Below, in pieces: positions 48,214 to 57,841 of a stretch of DNA of 64,000 nucleotides; within the stretch, counting starts at the first letter, position 1; the number at the start of each line of letters is the position of its first letter. The notes under the pieces are model-generated. The model did no database searches. It was not told where the DNA came from and worked only from the letters and a program-made list of their open reading frames with translations. Location: NCBI GenBank assembly GCA_029062165.1, contig JAIDQQ010000041.1, positions 4,034-68,033 of the forward strand, given 5' to 3'. The translations under genes were made by a program, and so were the position numbers. This DNA comes from Ruminococcus sp. Lineage in GTDB: Bacteria > Bacillota > Clostridia > Oscillospirales > Ruminococcaceae.

Positions 48214-49380
48214 TCATTTAATTAAAATCTCTTTCTGTTCGCAGATGTCGCCTTCAAGTTTGTATGTTACTATGTATTCAAGGGAATCTTCTTTTTTTTC
48301 GGTCTTGATGTCTCTTTCGAGGATTTTAATATCATCGTCAAGGAAATTTTTTTCGTAAAGATATATTTTTTCCATAATTTTTTCCGAAAGTTCCTCTTCC
48401 GTGTAGGTAGTTTCGGAAAGTTCAGTTTCTGTGTACCTGTTTTTTACTATCCCTACAGGAATTGTTTTCCCTAAGACTTTTAAATATTTTTCGTTTTCCT
48501 CGGTAGTAAAATTTGTAAATTTATTTTTCCCGAAAGAAACCGGTATTTCAAAACTGAAAAGTTTAAGTGTTTTCTGACTGAATGTTTCGCCGGTAGGGTT
48601 GTACTGTCTGCTTTTATAACTTCCCTCGAAAGTAACTGTTTCCTCGTAAGTACCGATAATTTTTCCCATAGCGTGATGCAGATTTACGTGACCGGTCTCA
48701 TCTTTGGTCACGCCGTTTATCAGCATTGTTCCACGTGGAACATAATCGCCGACTTTGTGCATTAACTGACCGTCATAAATTGAAGTGTAAGTTATATAGG
48801 CGTCCTGTGATGATACCACATTACAGGGTATGCGGTCATTAATCATTTCCGGCTTCTCGACGATTTCAGTTACTTCCACGACTACCCGATTACCTGTAAT
48901 GTGCATACCAGCCCATGCGACATCATCAATCATAAGACGGAGTTCGTTTTCACAGTACGGAAAATTAATGTCCTTAATCGGCGTACCTTGTTTTATGTTA
49001 AGCTGTTCGAGTGCTGTAATTATAGTCGAGTCGCTGACTTTTGAATTTCCCTGTATTTCTATGGTCATTATTATTCCCGAAAAATAAAGCGAAATTGCAG
49101 TAACAAAAATTATACCGGCTATTATCCCGAAACGCTTTTTATGTCGGATAACCGTTGAAGAAATTGTATCGTATTCAAAACTGGTCAGGTCTATGTTCAG
49201 ATTCTCGGCAATTTCCTGTACTTCTTTTAAGTCACGACGATATATTTCAGCATAAAAAACATCATTCCGGCAGTACTGTGCGAAACAGTCAACATCACTG
49301 TCATGTAGGGCATTTATAAATTTATACAGATTTTTTCCGCTTGCATTAATCCTCACGCAACCCTTTATCTGATTCTTCAT
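48214..49380 (-). CDS. yqfD: Sporulation protein YqfD
   Basis: 388 aa with a single central TM helix. The N-terminal segment G.VRI.ASG.N..KFIN and the position downstream of, and overlapping, yqfC are both characteristic. Confidence 0.65.
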   Translation of the reverse strand: MKNQIKGCVRINASGKNLYKFINALHDSDVDCFAQYCRNDVFYAEIYRRDLKEVQEIAENLNIDLTSFEYDTISSTVIRHKKRFGIIAGIIFVTAISLYFSGIIMTIEIQGNSKVSDSTIITALEQLNIKQGTPIKDINFPYCENELRLMIDDVAWAGMHITGNRVVVEVTEIVEKPEMINDRIPCNVVSSQDAYITYTSIYDGQLMHKVGDYVPRGTMLINGVTKDETGHVNLHHAMGKIIGTYEETVTFEGSYKSRQYNPTGETFSQKTLKLFSFEIPVSFGKNKFTNFTTEENEKYLKVLGKTIPVGIVKNRYTETELSETTYTEEELSEKIMEKIYLYEKNFLDDDIKILERDIKTEKKEDSLEYIVTYKLEGDICEQKEILIK

Positions 49381-49642
49381 TGTTTCCGGAGTTCCTTTCT
49401 GTAAATTCGATATGTGAAATTTTTCCGCTTATCATCAGACCGTTTTTATTGAAATCGCAAGCCCGCAGGTTATCACCCCAGATATTTATGCACAGTCTTC
49501 CGGATATGACACTCATGAAAATTTCGCTGTATTCCTCGATTCTTTTACAGTTTTCTATCAGTATTTCCTTGTTGCCGTCCATATGGATAAGCGGTGTGAG
49601 ATAGAAAGTTTCAAGTGTTTTGTCCGCAATTTTTCTGAACAT
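49346..49642 (-). CDS. yqfC: Sporulation protein YqfC (YabP family)
   Basis: 98 aa. YabP-like beta pattern (ILIENCKRIEEYSE..I....G.L.I.G..L.......GLMISGKI..IEF). It overlaps yqfD by 35 nt. Confidence 0.6.
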   Translation of the reverse strand: MFRKIADKTLETFYLTPLIHMDGNKEILIENCKRIEEYSEIFMSVISGRLCINIWGDNLRACDFNKNGLMISGKISHIEFTERNSGNNEESDKGLRED

Positions 49643-49648
49643 AAATTA

Positions 49649-50743
49649 TCACTCCTTTTTGAAAAGTCGTATTTTTTCGTATTCGGATAATAGAAAAAAT
49701 GTCATGATTATAAGCATTACCGACGGTACAGGCGAGTGTGCCTGATGTGTCCGGACGTTCACCGACGACGTGAAAACAGTTTCGCCGGAAAGTATAACCG
49801 GTGAAAGAATCCGGCATACTATGAAACTTATTACCGATATTATAAGTCTTTCGATTATCAGAGGTTTAAGGGAAAGTCCGCCGGAAACTGCTGAAATCTG
49901 AAATATTACGCATATTCCCCCGAAAGAAATCAATGCACTTAAGTAAGGAAGTAATTTGTAATTTCCGTGTGAAAATCCGGTCACTGCCGTAACGTCCGTT
50001 ACAGCTTTTACAATCTGTCCGGAATCTTCAGCGGAAATTCCTGTTATTCCTGAAATGAATTTCCCGATTACTGAAATTATACCGGTATAGTCAAGAATCG
50101 CCGTAATTACCGCAAAAATCATCACCATAAAGCATATATTTATTATAGAGTTCCCACCGTTTGCGACGCATTCCGTAAGCATACCGGAAGTTATTTTTAT
50201 ATCATTTTTCTGATTTTTAAGAGTACAGTTTTTCCGCATGAAAAATGAAATCATAAAGGCAAATACGATATTTGCACTTACTGTTGAAATAAGTATCAGA
50301 TTTCCGGCTGAATTGTTTCCGTAAAGCTGTGACGTCACACAACCTGATATGAAAGCCGTACCTGCTCCGAAACATACTCCGCTGAATATTTCCGCACGTT
50401 TTTTGTCAATAAGCCCCTTTTCGTAGGCGGAACTCAACATCTTGACACCGGTAGGATATCCGGCAATCATACTGAACACGAATACCGGAAAAACTATATT
50501 GTCCATACCGAAAAGAAATTTTCCGATTTTACCAGTAAACCGTGAAATACCGTCGATAATACCGCTTTTTATAAGTAATGGTGCTAATATCATCATTGCA
50601 TAAAGCGACGGTATTATTATATTGAGACATCTTCCGACGGCATCATATACTGAACTGTTTATTATGTCAGGCTTTACAAGGCAGAATACAGACATAAATA
50701 TTAATGTAACAATTTTAATATAAAAAATCAATTTTTTTCCCAT
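49649..50743 (-). CDS. Nucleoside-recognition-domain integral membrane protein, YlbJ-like
   Basis: About 10 TM helices. The MIAGYPTGVKML...G.I....AE motif resembles YlbJ. Confidence 0.5.
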   Translation of the reverse strand: MGKKLIFYIKIVTLIFMSVFCLVKPDIINSSVYDAVGRCLNIIIPSLYAMMILAPLLIKSGIIDGISRFTGKIGKFLFGMDNIVFPVFVFSMIAGYPTGVKMLSSAYEKGLIDKKRAEIFSGVCFGAGTAFISGCVTSQLYGNNSAGNLILISTVSANIVFAFMISFFMRKNCTLKNQKNDIKITSGMLTECVANGGNSIINICFMVMIFAVITAILDYTGIISVIGKFISGITGISAEDSGQIVKAVTDVTAVTGFSHGNYKLLPYLSALISFGGICVIFQISAVSGGLSLKPLIIERLIISVISFIVCRILSPVILSGETVFTSSVNVRTHQAHSPVPSVMLIIMTFFLLSEYEKIRLFKKE

Positions 50744-50822
50744 AACATCACCTTATTAATTTTATTACGGTACTTCCGGAATTATGTTGAAATGAAAAAA
50801 TTGTAAAATTTCGGGAAATGCC

Positions 50823-50851
50823 TTGACATATCTGAAGATATATTATATAAT
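50823..50851 (+). promoter_or_regulatory. Consensus promoter of pspA
   Basis: TTGACA, a 17-nt spacer, then TATAAT. Confidence 0.55.
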
Positions 50852-50907
50852 TATTGTAACAACAGTTTGCCATGTTGTAATGTTTTTCTTGAAACGGGGG
50901 AATTTTT

Positions 50908-51519
50908 ATGGATATATTCAGCAGATTAAGTGATTTACTGAAATCCAATCTTAATGACCTTATCGACAGGGCAGAAGACCCTGAAAAAATGGTCAGGCAG
51001 ATTATCGCCGATATGCAGAACGAACTTAATAAATCCGTACAGAATTACGGAAAAATAAAGTCGGAATGCATTCTTAATGAAAAAAAGTATCAGGACGCTT
51101 TGAAAAACTCTCATCAGTGGGAGGAAAAAGCTAAAAACGCTCTCTTACAAGGTGACAGGTATCTTGCAGGACAGGCTGTAATGAAAAAAGTACAGTCCGA
51201 CGAAGAAGCGGTATCCTATAAGGAATTGCTTGATAACTTGAAAGTTAAGGAAGAAACTATGAAAGCTCAGGTTGAAACCCTCCGGCTGAAAATTGAAGAA
51301 GCTAAAAGCCGTCAGGAAATACTTATAGTCCGTAAAAAAATGGCTGATACCCAGAAACGACTTTCTGAAATATCCGGAAATCTTGACAGCGTAAAGGAAA
51401 ATACCGCTTCAGTTACGGAAGAAGAAAACGCTCTGAAAAAAGAATTGTCTTCTAAGGTCAGTTCAGAACTCGCAAGGCTTATGTCAGAAATGAATATTGA
51501 CGATTCCGGTGAGGAATAA
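50908..51519 (+). CDS. pspA: PspA/IM30 family membrane-stress protein
   Basis: The N-terminus FSRLSDLLKSNLNDLIDRAEDPEKMVRQIIADMQ is the canonical PspA signature. The body is a long coiled coil. Confidence 0.85.
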   Translation: MDIFSRLSDLLKSNLNDLIDRAEDPEKMVRQIIADMQNELNKSVQNYGKIKSECILNEKKYQDALKNSHQWEEKAKNALLQGDRYLAGQAVMKKVQSDEEAVSYKELLDNLKVKEETMKAQVETLRLKIEEAKSRQEILIVRKKMADTQKRLSEISGNLDSVKENTASVTEEENALKKELSSKVSSELARLMSEMNIDDSGEE

Positions 51520-51547
51520 TAATCTCAAAAAAAGGAAATATTTTATT

Positions 51548-51712
51548 ATGAGTAAAAAAAATAATTATCCACGTAAGGTCTTTGCAACCAGTCTGGCAGT
51601 GCTTAGTGCATTGTTTATAGCAATAACTTCTATTCTTTACATTCTCTATAAGGGCTGGAGTGCCAAACTCGACTTTGAAAAATGGAAAGATTACGACGAA
51701 TGCGGGATATAA
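51548..51712 (+). CDS. Small single-TM protein (54 aa)
   Basis: ATG at 51548 after AAAGGA. One TM helix (VFATSLAVLSALFIAITSILYILY). Confidence 0.35.
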   Translation: MSKKNNYPRKVFATSLAVLSALFIAITSILYILYKGWSAKLDFEKWKDYDECGI

Positions 51713-51786
51713 TCAAATAAATTAAAAGAATAATCAATAATAGGACGGATTTTTTCCGTCCTGTTTTAGTAAAGGGAGTTTTAAAA

Positions 51787-53718
51787 ATGCTTGTTTCGTT
51801 AAATAATATAAATAAATTCTATAATGGAAATCAGTTACTTGATAATATATCTCTCACGATTGACGAGACCGACAAAATAGGATTAGTCGGGAATAACGGT
51901 TGCGGAAAGTCAACGCTTCTGAAAATAATAACCGGTACTGTAGAGCCTGACCGCTTCACCGAAAAGGATGGTATCATTTCATTTGCCGGAAAGACTACAA
52001 TAGGCTATCTCGAACAAATGGGCGGACTTGATTCTGAAAAAACTGTCATGTCGGAAATGCAGGGTGTTTTTTACGATATGCATAAAGCTATTGAACGTCT
52101 TCGTGAAATAGAAATAGAAATTGAAATGGGTAATAATTCGTCAGTTGACGAGTATCAGCGATTATCTTCGTGGGTTGAGGCTAATGACGGTTACAACACC
52201 GACGTTAAAATAAGAACAATCCTGAATGGTATGGGATTTTCTGAAAATGAACTTAACCGGACTGTTTCGGGATTCAGCGGTGGCGAAAAAACACGTCTGT
52301 GTATAGCGAAACTTCTTCTTGAAGAACCTAATCTTCTGATACTTGACGAACCTACAAACCACCTCGATTTCAAGACTATCATGTGGCTTGAAGACTATCT
52401 CCGCACATACAGGGGTGCGGTACTGATAGTATCGCATGACAGATATTTTCTTGATAAACTATGTACTTCTATATGTGAAATCGAAAGAGGTACGCTTACA
52501 CGCTATAAGGGAAATTATTCAGCGTTTGTGCGTCAGCGTGAGGAAAATAATGTGCGTCGTGAAAAAGAGTACGAAATGCAACAGAAACAAATCGCTAAAC
52601 TTGAAGACTATGTAGCTAAAAATCTCGTGCGTGCCTCTACTACGAAAATGGCACAAAGTCGTCGCAGACAGTTAGAAAAAATAGAACGCATTGAAAAACC
52701 TTTCCATGAGACGAAAACAGCCAAAATCCATTTCACATACACCATAGAACCGCCTATAGATGTACTTAAAGTCAAGGGCGTTGATATTTCAGTAGGTGAG
52801 GGAAATTCACGGAAAACTCTTGTAGACGAGGTAAATTTTGAAGTCCGTCGGGGTGAAAAAATAGGTATCATTGGCGATAACGGTATTGGAAAATCAACGC
52901 TTCTGAAAATTATTCAGGAAAAACTTTCGCATAAGGGAATTGTCCGCTGGAACAGTAATATAAAAATATCCTACTTTGAACAGGAAAGCACCAACTTAAA
53001 CCGTGAACTGTCCGTAATGGAAGAGATACACAGCCGATATCCGTCTATGTCAGATTTGGAAGTGCGTAGTCTGTTGGCACAGGTCAGACTGACCGGCGAA
53101 AACGTCTTCAAACAGACAGGAGTTATCAGCGGTGGCGAACGTGCTAAATTATGTTTCGCAATCATGATGCAGGAACACGGAAATGTCCTGATACTCGACG
53201 AACCTACAAACCATCTTGACTTGTTGTCAAAAGAAGCCATTGAAGAAGCACTTGAAGAATACACCGGTACTGTAATATTTGTATCGCATGACAGGTATCT
53301 TTTAAGTAAAATTGCAGACCGTCTGATTGAACTTACTGCCGGAAAATATCGTCTGCATGACTACGGATTTGAAAAATATCTTGATGTACTCCGTGAGGAA
53401 CAGGCGGAACAGAAAAGAATTTCCGACGCTGAAAAATTCGCAAAAAATGCTGAAATCGCTAAGGAAAAATCCGTAAAGGCTTACCGTAGCAAGCAACAAC
53501 GTAGTGCAGACGTAGCAAGGAAAAATGAAATGAAACGTCTTGAAAAGAAAATAGACGAATTTCAGGCGGAAATTGATTCCCTTACGGAAGAAATCTCACA
53601 TGAAGAAGTCTATAGCGATTACGAACTTATGAACAAAAAATGTACGGAAATTGAAGAACTCAAACAGCGTATAGAAGAAAATTTTGAAAAAATGATTGAA
53701 CTTGAAGAACAATTATAA
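51787..53718 (+). CDS. ABC-F family ATPase (two NBDs, linker, C-terminal coiled coil)
   Basis: Two Walker A motifs (GNNGCGKST and GDNGIGKST). Two signature motifs (FSGGEKTRL and ISGGERAKL). No TM domain. Confidence 0.9.
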   Translation: MLVSLNNINKFYNGNQLLDNISLTIDETDKIGLVGNNGCGKSTLLKIITGTVEPDRFTEKDGIISFAGKTTIGYLEQMGGLDSEKTVMSEMQGVFYDMHKAIERLREIEIEIEMGNNSSVDEYQRLSSWVEANDGYNTDVKIRTILNGMGFSENELNRTVSGFSGGEKTRLCIAKLLLEEPNLLILDEPTNHLDFKTIMWLEDYLRTYRGAVLIVSHDRYFLDKLCTSICEIERGTLTRYKGNYSAFVRQREENNVRREKEYEMQQKQIAKLEDYVAKNLVRASTTKMAQSRRRQLEKIERIEKPFHETKTAKIHFTYTIEPPIDVLKVKGVDISVGEGNSRKTLVDEVNFEVRRGEKIGIIGDNGIGKSTLLKIIQEKLSHKGIVRWNSNIKISYFEQESTNLNRELSVMEEIHSRYPSMSDLEVRSLLAQVRLTGENVFKQTGVISGGERAKLCFAIMMQEHGNVLILDEPTNHLDLLSKEAIEEALEEYTGTVIFVSHDRYLLSKIADRLIELTAGKYRLHDYGFEKYLDVLREEQAEQKRISDAEKFAKNAEIAKEKSVKAYRSKQQRSADVARKNEMKRLEKKIDEFQAEIDSLTEEISHEEVYSDYELMNKKCTEIEELKQRIEENFEKMIELEEQL

Positions 53719-53776
53719 TTTTTCACATATTTTGATACGTTGTATTGTCGAAAATTAACAAATTTTAAAAAATATA

Positions 53777-53805
53777 TTGAAAACTGCCTTTTAATATGTT
53801 ATAAT
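53777..53805 (+). promoter_or_regulatory. Promoter of the SCIFF locus
   Basis: TTGAAA, a 17-nt spacer, then TATAAT. Confidence 0.55.
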
Positions 53806-53860
53806 TAAATCCAACACGCACGGTTATATGTCGTGTAAAAAATTATGGAGGTTTATGATT

Positions 53861-53998
53861 ATGAAGCACATTCAGACAATCAACAAGGCTAATCTTAAAG
53901 AGTCTGCTAAAAAAGGTGGCTGTGGCAAATGTCAGGCATCATGCCAGTCAGCTTGCAAGACTTCCTGTACAGTCGCTAACCAGAAGTGCGAAAGATAA
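53861..53998 (+). CDS. scfA: SCIFF (six cysteines in forty-five residues) ranthipeptide precursor
   Basis: Absent from the ORF track because it is shorter than 60 aa. It encodes MKHIQTINKANLKESAKKGGCGKCQASCQSACKTSCTVANQKCER. That is 45 aa with exactly 6 Cys and the conserved GGCG.CQ.SCQSACKTSCTV core. GGAGG lies 9 nt upstream. Confidence 0.85.
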   Translation: MKHIQTINKANLKESAKKGGCGKCQASCQSACKTSCTVANQKCER

Positions 53999-54014
53999 GA
54001 CTTGCATTTCACCG

Positions 54015-54051
54015 GAGGCAGTGTTTGTAAAAAAATACTGCCTCTGTTTTT
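54015..54051 (+). terminator. Hairpin plus T-run after scfA (probable attenuating terminator)
   Basis: Stem GAGGCAGT/ACTGCCTC with a 14-nt loop, followed by TGTTTTT. Confidence 0.45.
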
Positions 54052-54068
54052 AGTTATGAGGTGATATT

Positions 54069-55661
54069 ATGGTTTTTAACTGCAAAATGTGCGGAGCTAA
54101 TTTAAATGTGCGAGCCGGTATGCGTATATGTAAGTGCGAATACTGCGATTCCGTACAGACTATTCCGGATTTAACTAGTGAAAAGAAGTTACAGCTTTTC
54201 AATAAGGCGAATGCTTTACGTTTTGCGTGTGATTTTGATAGGGCAGGCGACGTTTATAGGGATATTGTGACAGATTTTCCGGAAGAAGCCGAAGCGTACT
54301 GGGGATTGTGTCTCTGTAAGTATGGCATAGAGTACGTCGTTGACCCTGAAACACAGAACAGAGTGCCGACTTGTCACCGTACATCTTTTGAAAAGATTCA
54401 GGATATACCGGAGTTTCGGAAAGTCCTTGAATATTCCGACGTGAATTTAAGAAATATATACATACAGCTTGCGGAAGTAATCGACGGTATACAGCAGAAT
54501 ATACTTGAAATTGCCATGAAAGAAAAGCCGTTCGATGTGTTTATATGTTACAAGGAAACTGCTGAATCTGGTTTTCGTACTGCTGATGCGTTACTTGCGG
54601 AAAAAATTTATTCCGTACTCACAAAGCAGAATATAAAAGTATTTTTCGCACCGGTGACGCTTAAGGACAAGTTAGGCACGGAATTTGAACCCTATATATA
54701 TTCAGCGATAAATTCCGCCCAGATTATGTTATGCGTCGGGACGTCTCCGGAACATTTTGATTCCGTATGGGTACGGAACGAATGGAGCAGGTTTATCGAA
54801 CTCATGAAGAAAGACAAGTCTAAAATACTCATACCGTGTTATGCGGAAATGTCAGTAGGACAGTTGCCGATGGAGTTCAGAGGGTTTCAGGCACAAGACC
54901 TCACGGAAACAGATTCGCTTGAAAATATCGTGAAAAACGTCGGCGACATCATGAAAGCAAGCGAGGGGGCAAAATCGCAGTTAAATATACTTATGGAACA
55001 GTTTGAGGGACAGTTAAGAAATGAACGGTCTAAACTCCGTATGCTTGAAAACGTACATCATCAACAAATGATTTACGAAAAGCAGAACGCTAAAAAGATG
55101 TTCAAAAAGGAGTATACACCACTTTCAGCACTTGCTTTTCTTGAAATTATGATTGTTGGCATAGTTTCGTTTATACTTACCATGCTTTATGCTACTTTTG
55201 ATTTTGACATAATGCTTGTACCCATAGGAGTCTTGATTTTTTCGGTACTACCGGCTTGTATAGCCTTGCCACGCATAAACAGACGCAACAAAAAAGCCCG
55301 TGAAAATCTTGCCCGACGACTTGCATACGACGAAAACGCACCCGATTTTGATTATGGCAGTCAGGACAATGAAGTAGTACAGCTTCGGGAAATTGCTATG
55401 AAAAATTACGAAAAACAACATTTTTCAATAGGAAAAATATTCGGTCTGTATTGGCTTTGGAATTGGTTTTCATTTCTTCCTAAAAGTTTCATAGAGGGAA
55501 TATTAGATAATAGTTATGATAAAATTGCCCCTGTTTTTACAGCAATTTTCAATGTGATAATACCTGTTATCGCTCTTGCTTTTATACTCCGGCGTAATGT
55601 AAGACTGAAAAAAGAACTCAACGAAAAGTTAGACGAGATAAACAAGAAAAATAAAATCTGA
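54069..55661 (+). CDS. Zinc-ribbon / helical / TIR-domain protein with a coiled coil and C-terminal TM helices
   Basis: The N-terminus carries CKMC..CKCEYC. The AEAYWGLCLCKYGIEYVVDP...PTCHR module follows. The TIR-like core spans FDVFICYKE...VFFAPV...SAQIMLCVGTS.....SVWVRNEWSRF and has a conserved Glu. Four hydrophobic helices lie in the last 190 aa. GAGGTGA RBS. Confidence 0.7.
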   Translation: MVFNCKMCGANLNVRAGMRICKCEYCDSVQTIPDLTSEKKLQLFNKANALRFACDFDRAGDVYRDIVTDFPEEAEAYWGLCLCKYGIEYVVDPETQNRVPTCHRTSFEKIQDIPEFRKVLEYSDVNLRNIYIQLAEVIDGIQQNILEIAMKEKPFDVFICYKETAESGFRTADALLAEKIYSVLTKQNIKVFFAPVTLKDKLGTEFEPYIYSAINSAQIMLCVGTSPEHFDSVWVRNEWSRFIELMKKDKSKILIPCYAEMSVGQLPMEFRGFQAQDLTETDSLENIVKNVGDIMKASEGAKSQLNILMEQFEGQLRNERSKLRMLENVHHQQMIYEKQNAKKMFKKEYTPLSALAFLEIMIVGIVSFILTMLYATFDFDIMLVPIGVLIFSVLPACIALPRINRRNKKARENLARRLAYDENAPDFDYGSQDNEVVQLREIAMKNYEKQHFSIGKIFGLYWLWNWFSFLPKSFIEGILDNSYDKIAPVFTAIFNVIIPVIALAFILRRNVRLKKELNEKLDEINKKNKI

Positions 55662-55676
55662 AAGGAAATTTTTAAA

Positions 55677-57047
55677 ATGATACATAAATATAAACTTAAC
55701 GGATTCAATATAGTTCTCGACGTCAACAGCGGTGGTGTGCATATCGTCGACGAACTGACATACGATTTACTCGACAACATAAAGCCACCGTTTGAGCCGG
55801 AATGTCGTCCGGATATTATAGAAAAACTTTCCAAGGTTTATCCGGCAGAAGAGATTAAAACCTGTTACGCTGAAATAGTCGAGTTATACAACGAAAAAAT
55901 ACTTTTTTCCGAGGACGATTACGAAAAATACGCACAGTATTCAGTAGCGTCACCGGTAAAGGCAATGTGTCTTAATATCGCACATGACTGTAATCTTCGC
56001 TGTAAGTACTGTTTCGCATCTACCGGCGACTTCGGCAAAGGCAGGAAATTAATGTCTTTCGAGACCGGCAAACACGCTATTGATTTTCTGCTTGAAAAAT
56101 CCGGAGACCGTCAGAATCTCGAATTAGACTTCTTCGGCGGTGAGCCTCTTATGAATTTCGACGTCGTAAAGCAGATTGTAAAATACGCAAGAAGTCGGGA
56201 AGCCGAATTTAATAAGAAATTCCGCTTTACGATAACTACAAACGGCATACTTCTTGACGACGATAAAATTGATTTTATAAATAAAGAGATGTCAAATGTC
56301 GTATTGTCGATTGACGGCAGAAAAGAAGTCAATGATTTTATGCGTCCGAGGGTGGACGGTTCAGGCAGTTACGATAAAATTTTACCGATGTTCAGAAAAC
56401 TTGTCGAAACCCGAGGTGATAAGGAGTACTATGTAAGAGGTACATTTACAAATCATAATCTCGATTTCGCCGACGACGTTTTTGCACTTTACGACGCCGG
56501 TTTTGACCAGATTTCCATTGAACCTGTTGTAGGAGATTCCGACGAGTACGCACTTACGGAAAAGGATTTACCGGAAGTTTTCAGCGAATACGAAAGACTT
56601 GCTAAAAGAATTATCGAAAATGAAAAATCCGGTAAGAAATTTAACTTTTTCCACTTCATGATAGACTTAGACCAAGGACCTTGTGCGATAAAAAGACTTC
56701 GTGGATGTGGTTGCGGAAATGATTACGTCGCAATAACTCCGGACGGCGATATTTTCCCATGTCACCAGTTTGTAGGGATAGACGAGTATAAAATGGGTAA
56801 TATCGATGAGGGTACATTCAATCAGGAAATGAAATCGGATTTTGCTAAGGCACACGTCTACACAAAACCGGAATGTACTAAATGCTGGGCAAAATTCTAT
56901 TGTAGCGGAGGTTGTAACGCCAATAATTATCAGTATATGGGCGATATCAGGACGGCTCATAAACTTTCGTGTCAGCTTGAAAAGAAACGTCTTGAATGTG
57001 CGATAATGCTGAAAGCTATACGAATTTTCGGGGAGCAGGAACAGTAA
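55677..57047 (+). CDS. scfB: Radical SAM/SPASM thioether-forming SCIFF maturase
   Basis: A CNLRCKYC (CxxxCxxC) cluster. The SPASM Cys motifs are CGCGNDYVAITPDGDIFPC and CTKCWAKFYCSGGC. At 456 aa it matches the size of known SCIFF maturases. Confidence 0.85.
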   Translation: MIHKYKLNGFNIVLDVNSGGVHIVDELTYDLLDNIKPPFEPECRPDIIEKLSKVYPAEEIKTCYAEIVELYNEKILFSEDDYEKYAQYSVASPVKAMCLNIAHDCNLRCKYCFASTGDFGKGRKLMSFETGKHAIDFLLEKSGDRQNLELDFFGGEPLMNFDVVKQIVKYARSREAEFNKKFRFTITTNGILLDDDKIDFINKEMSNVVLSIDGRKEVNDFMRPRVDGSGSYDKILPMFRKLVETRGDKEYYVRGTFTNHNLDFADDVFALYDAGFDQISIEPVVGDSDEYALTEKDLPEVFSEYERLAKRIIENEKSGKKFNFFHFMIDLDQGPCAIKRLRGCGCGNDYVAITPDGDIFPCHQFVGIDEYKMGNIDEGTFNQEMKSDFAKAHVYTKPECTKCWAKFYCSGGCNANNYQYMGDIRTAHKLSCQLEKKRLECAIMLKAIRIFGEQEQ

Positions 57048-57436
57048 TGGATATATGGGAAAAACTTTATATTTCTGCAAAATCCGTACAGAATGAACGT
57101 AAAATATCCGCTTATGTATCGGGTGGGGAAGTTTCAGCGTCGATACTTTCAGTATCGGGTAAAATATATACCGGCGTATGCATAGATACGTGTTCTACAC
57201 TCGGAATATGTGCGGAACGTAATGCGATATTCAACATGATTACCAACGGCGAACACGTAATAGACAAAGTACTTGCAATTATGCCCGACGGTAAAACCGG
57301 TACACCTTGCGGTGCGTGTCGGGAATTAATGGTACAGCTTATGCCGGACAGTTATAAAAATATAGAAATCATGCTTGACTATGAAACTCGAAAAACTGTA
57401 AAATTAGGCGATATTACGCCGGAATGGTGGCTATAG
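57047..57436 (+). CDS. Cytidine/deoxycytidylate deaminase-fold zinc enzyme (Cdd / blasticidin-S-deaminase-like)
   Basis: CAERNAIF (C/H-A-E) and PCGACRELM (PCxxC) zinc motifs. The ATG at 57047 shares its A with the scfB TAA stop (TAATG). Confidence 0.7.
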   Translation: MDIWEKLYISAKSVQNERKISAYVSGGEVSASILSVSGKIYTGVCIDTCSTLGICAERNAIFNMITNGEHVIDKVLAIMPDGKTGTPCGACRELMVQLMPDSYKNIEIMLDYETRKTVKLGDITPEWWL

Positions 57437-57443
57437 GAGGAGT

Positions 57444-57824
57444 ATGAAAAACAGGGTCAGACTAAGAGTTATGGACGTCGACGGCGAAAAATATCTGTGG
57501 TCATATAACTACGATGACATGGATTTTTACAATTATCCTTATTCTTATTATCTTTTTGTACCGGAAAACAATAAAAAATTAAAAGTAAGAGTTTATTTTA
57601 CTCGATATAGTCCGAATATGAATATAGACGCTTATTCCGACGAGGGAACACCTTGTTTTTACGGAGAAGAAAAAATTATCCTTAATCTGTGCCGACCGTT
57701 TTTCGCCCGACAGATTCTTGATTACGTTTTTAATAATCTGTGCAGTAAATCCGACGTCGGAGAGATTAACATTAAAGACGGTGATAATATTCTGTATGAA
57801 CTGGGCTACAGAGATTTTGACTGA
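57444..57824 (+). CDS. Hypothetical protein (126 aa), paralogue of the next gene
   Basis: GGAGGAG RBS. It shares the pattern V.G.KY.W ... L.V.V.F ... I.DG..IL..LGY with the 57842 gene. Confidence 0.4.
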   Translation: MKNRVRLRVMDVDGEKYLWSYNYDDMDFYNYPYSYYLFVPENNKKLKVRVYFTRYSPNMNIDAYSDEGTPCFYGEEKIILNLCRPFFARQILDYVFNNLCSKSDVGEINIKDGDNILYELGYRDFD

Positions 57825-57841
57825 TAAAGTCAGGTGATACA

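Noticed and set aside
56996-57046. Upstream start (56996) for the deaminase ORF
   Set aside because: It would overlap scfB by 52 nt with no RBS. The ATG at 57047 forms a TAATG coupling junction.
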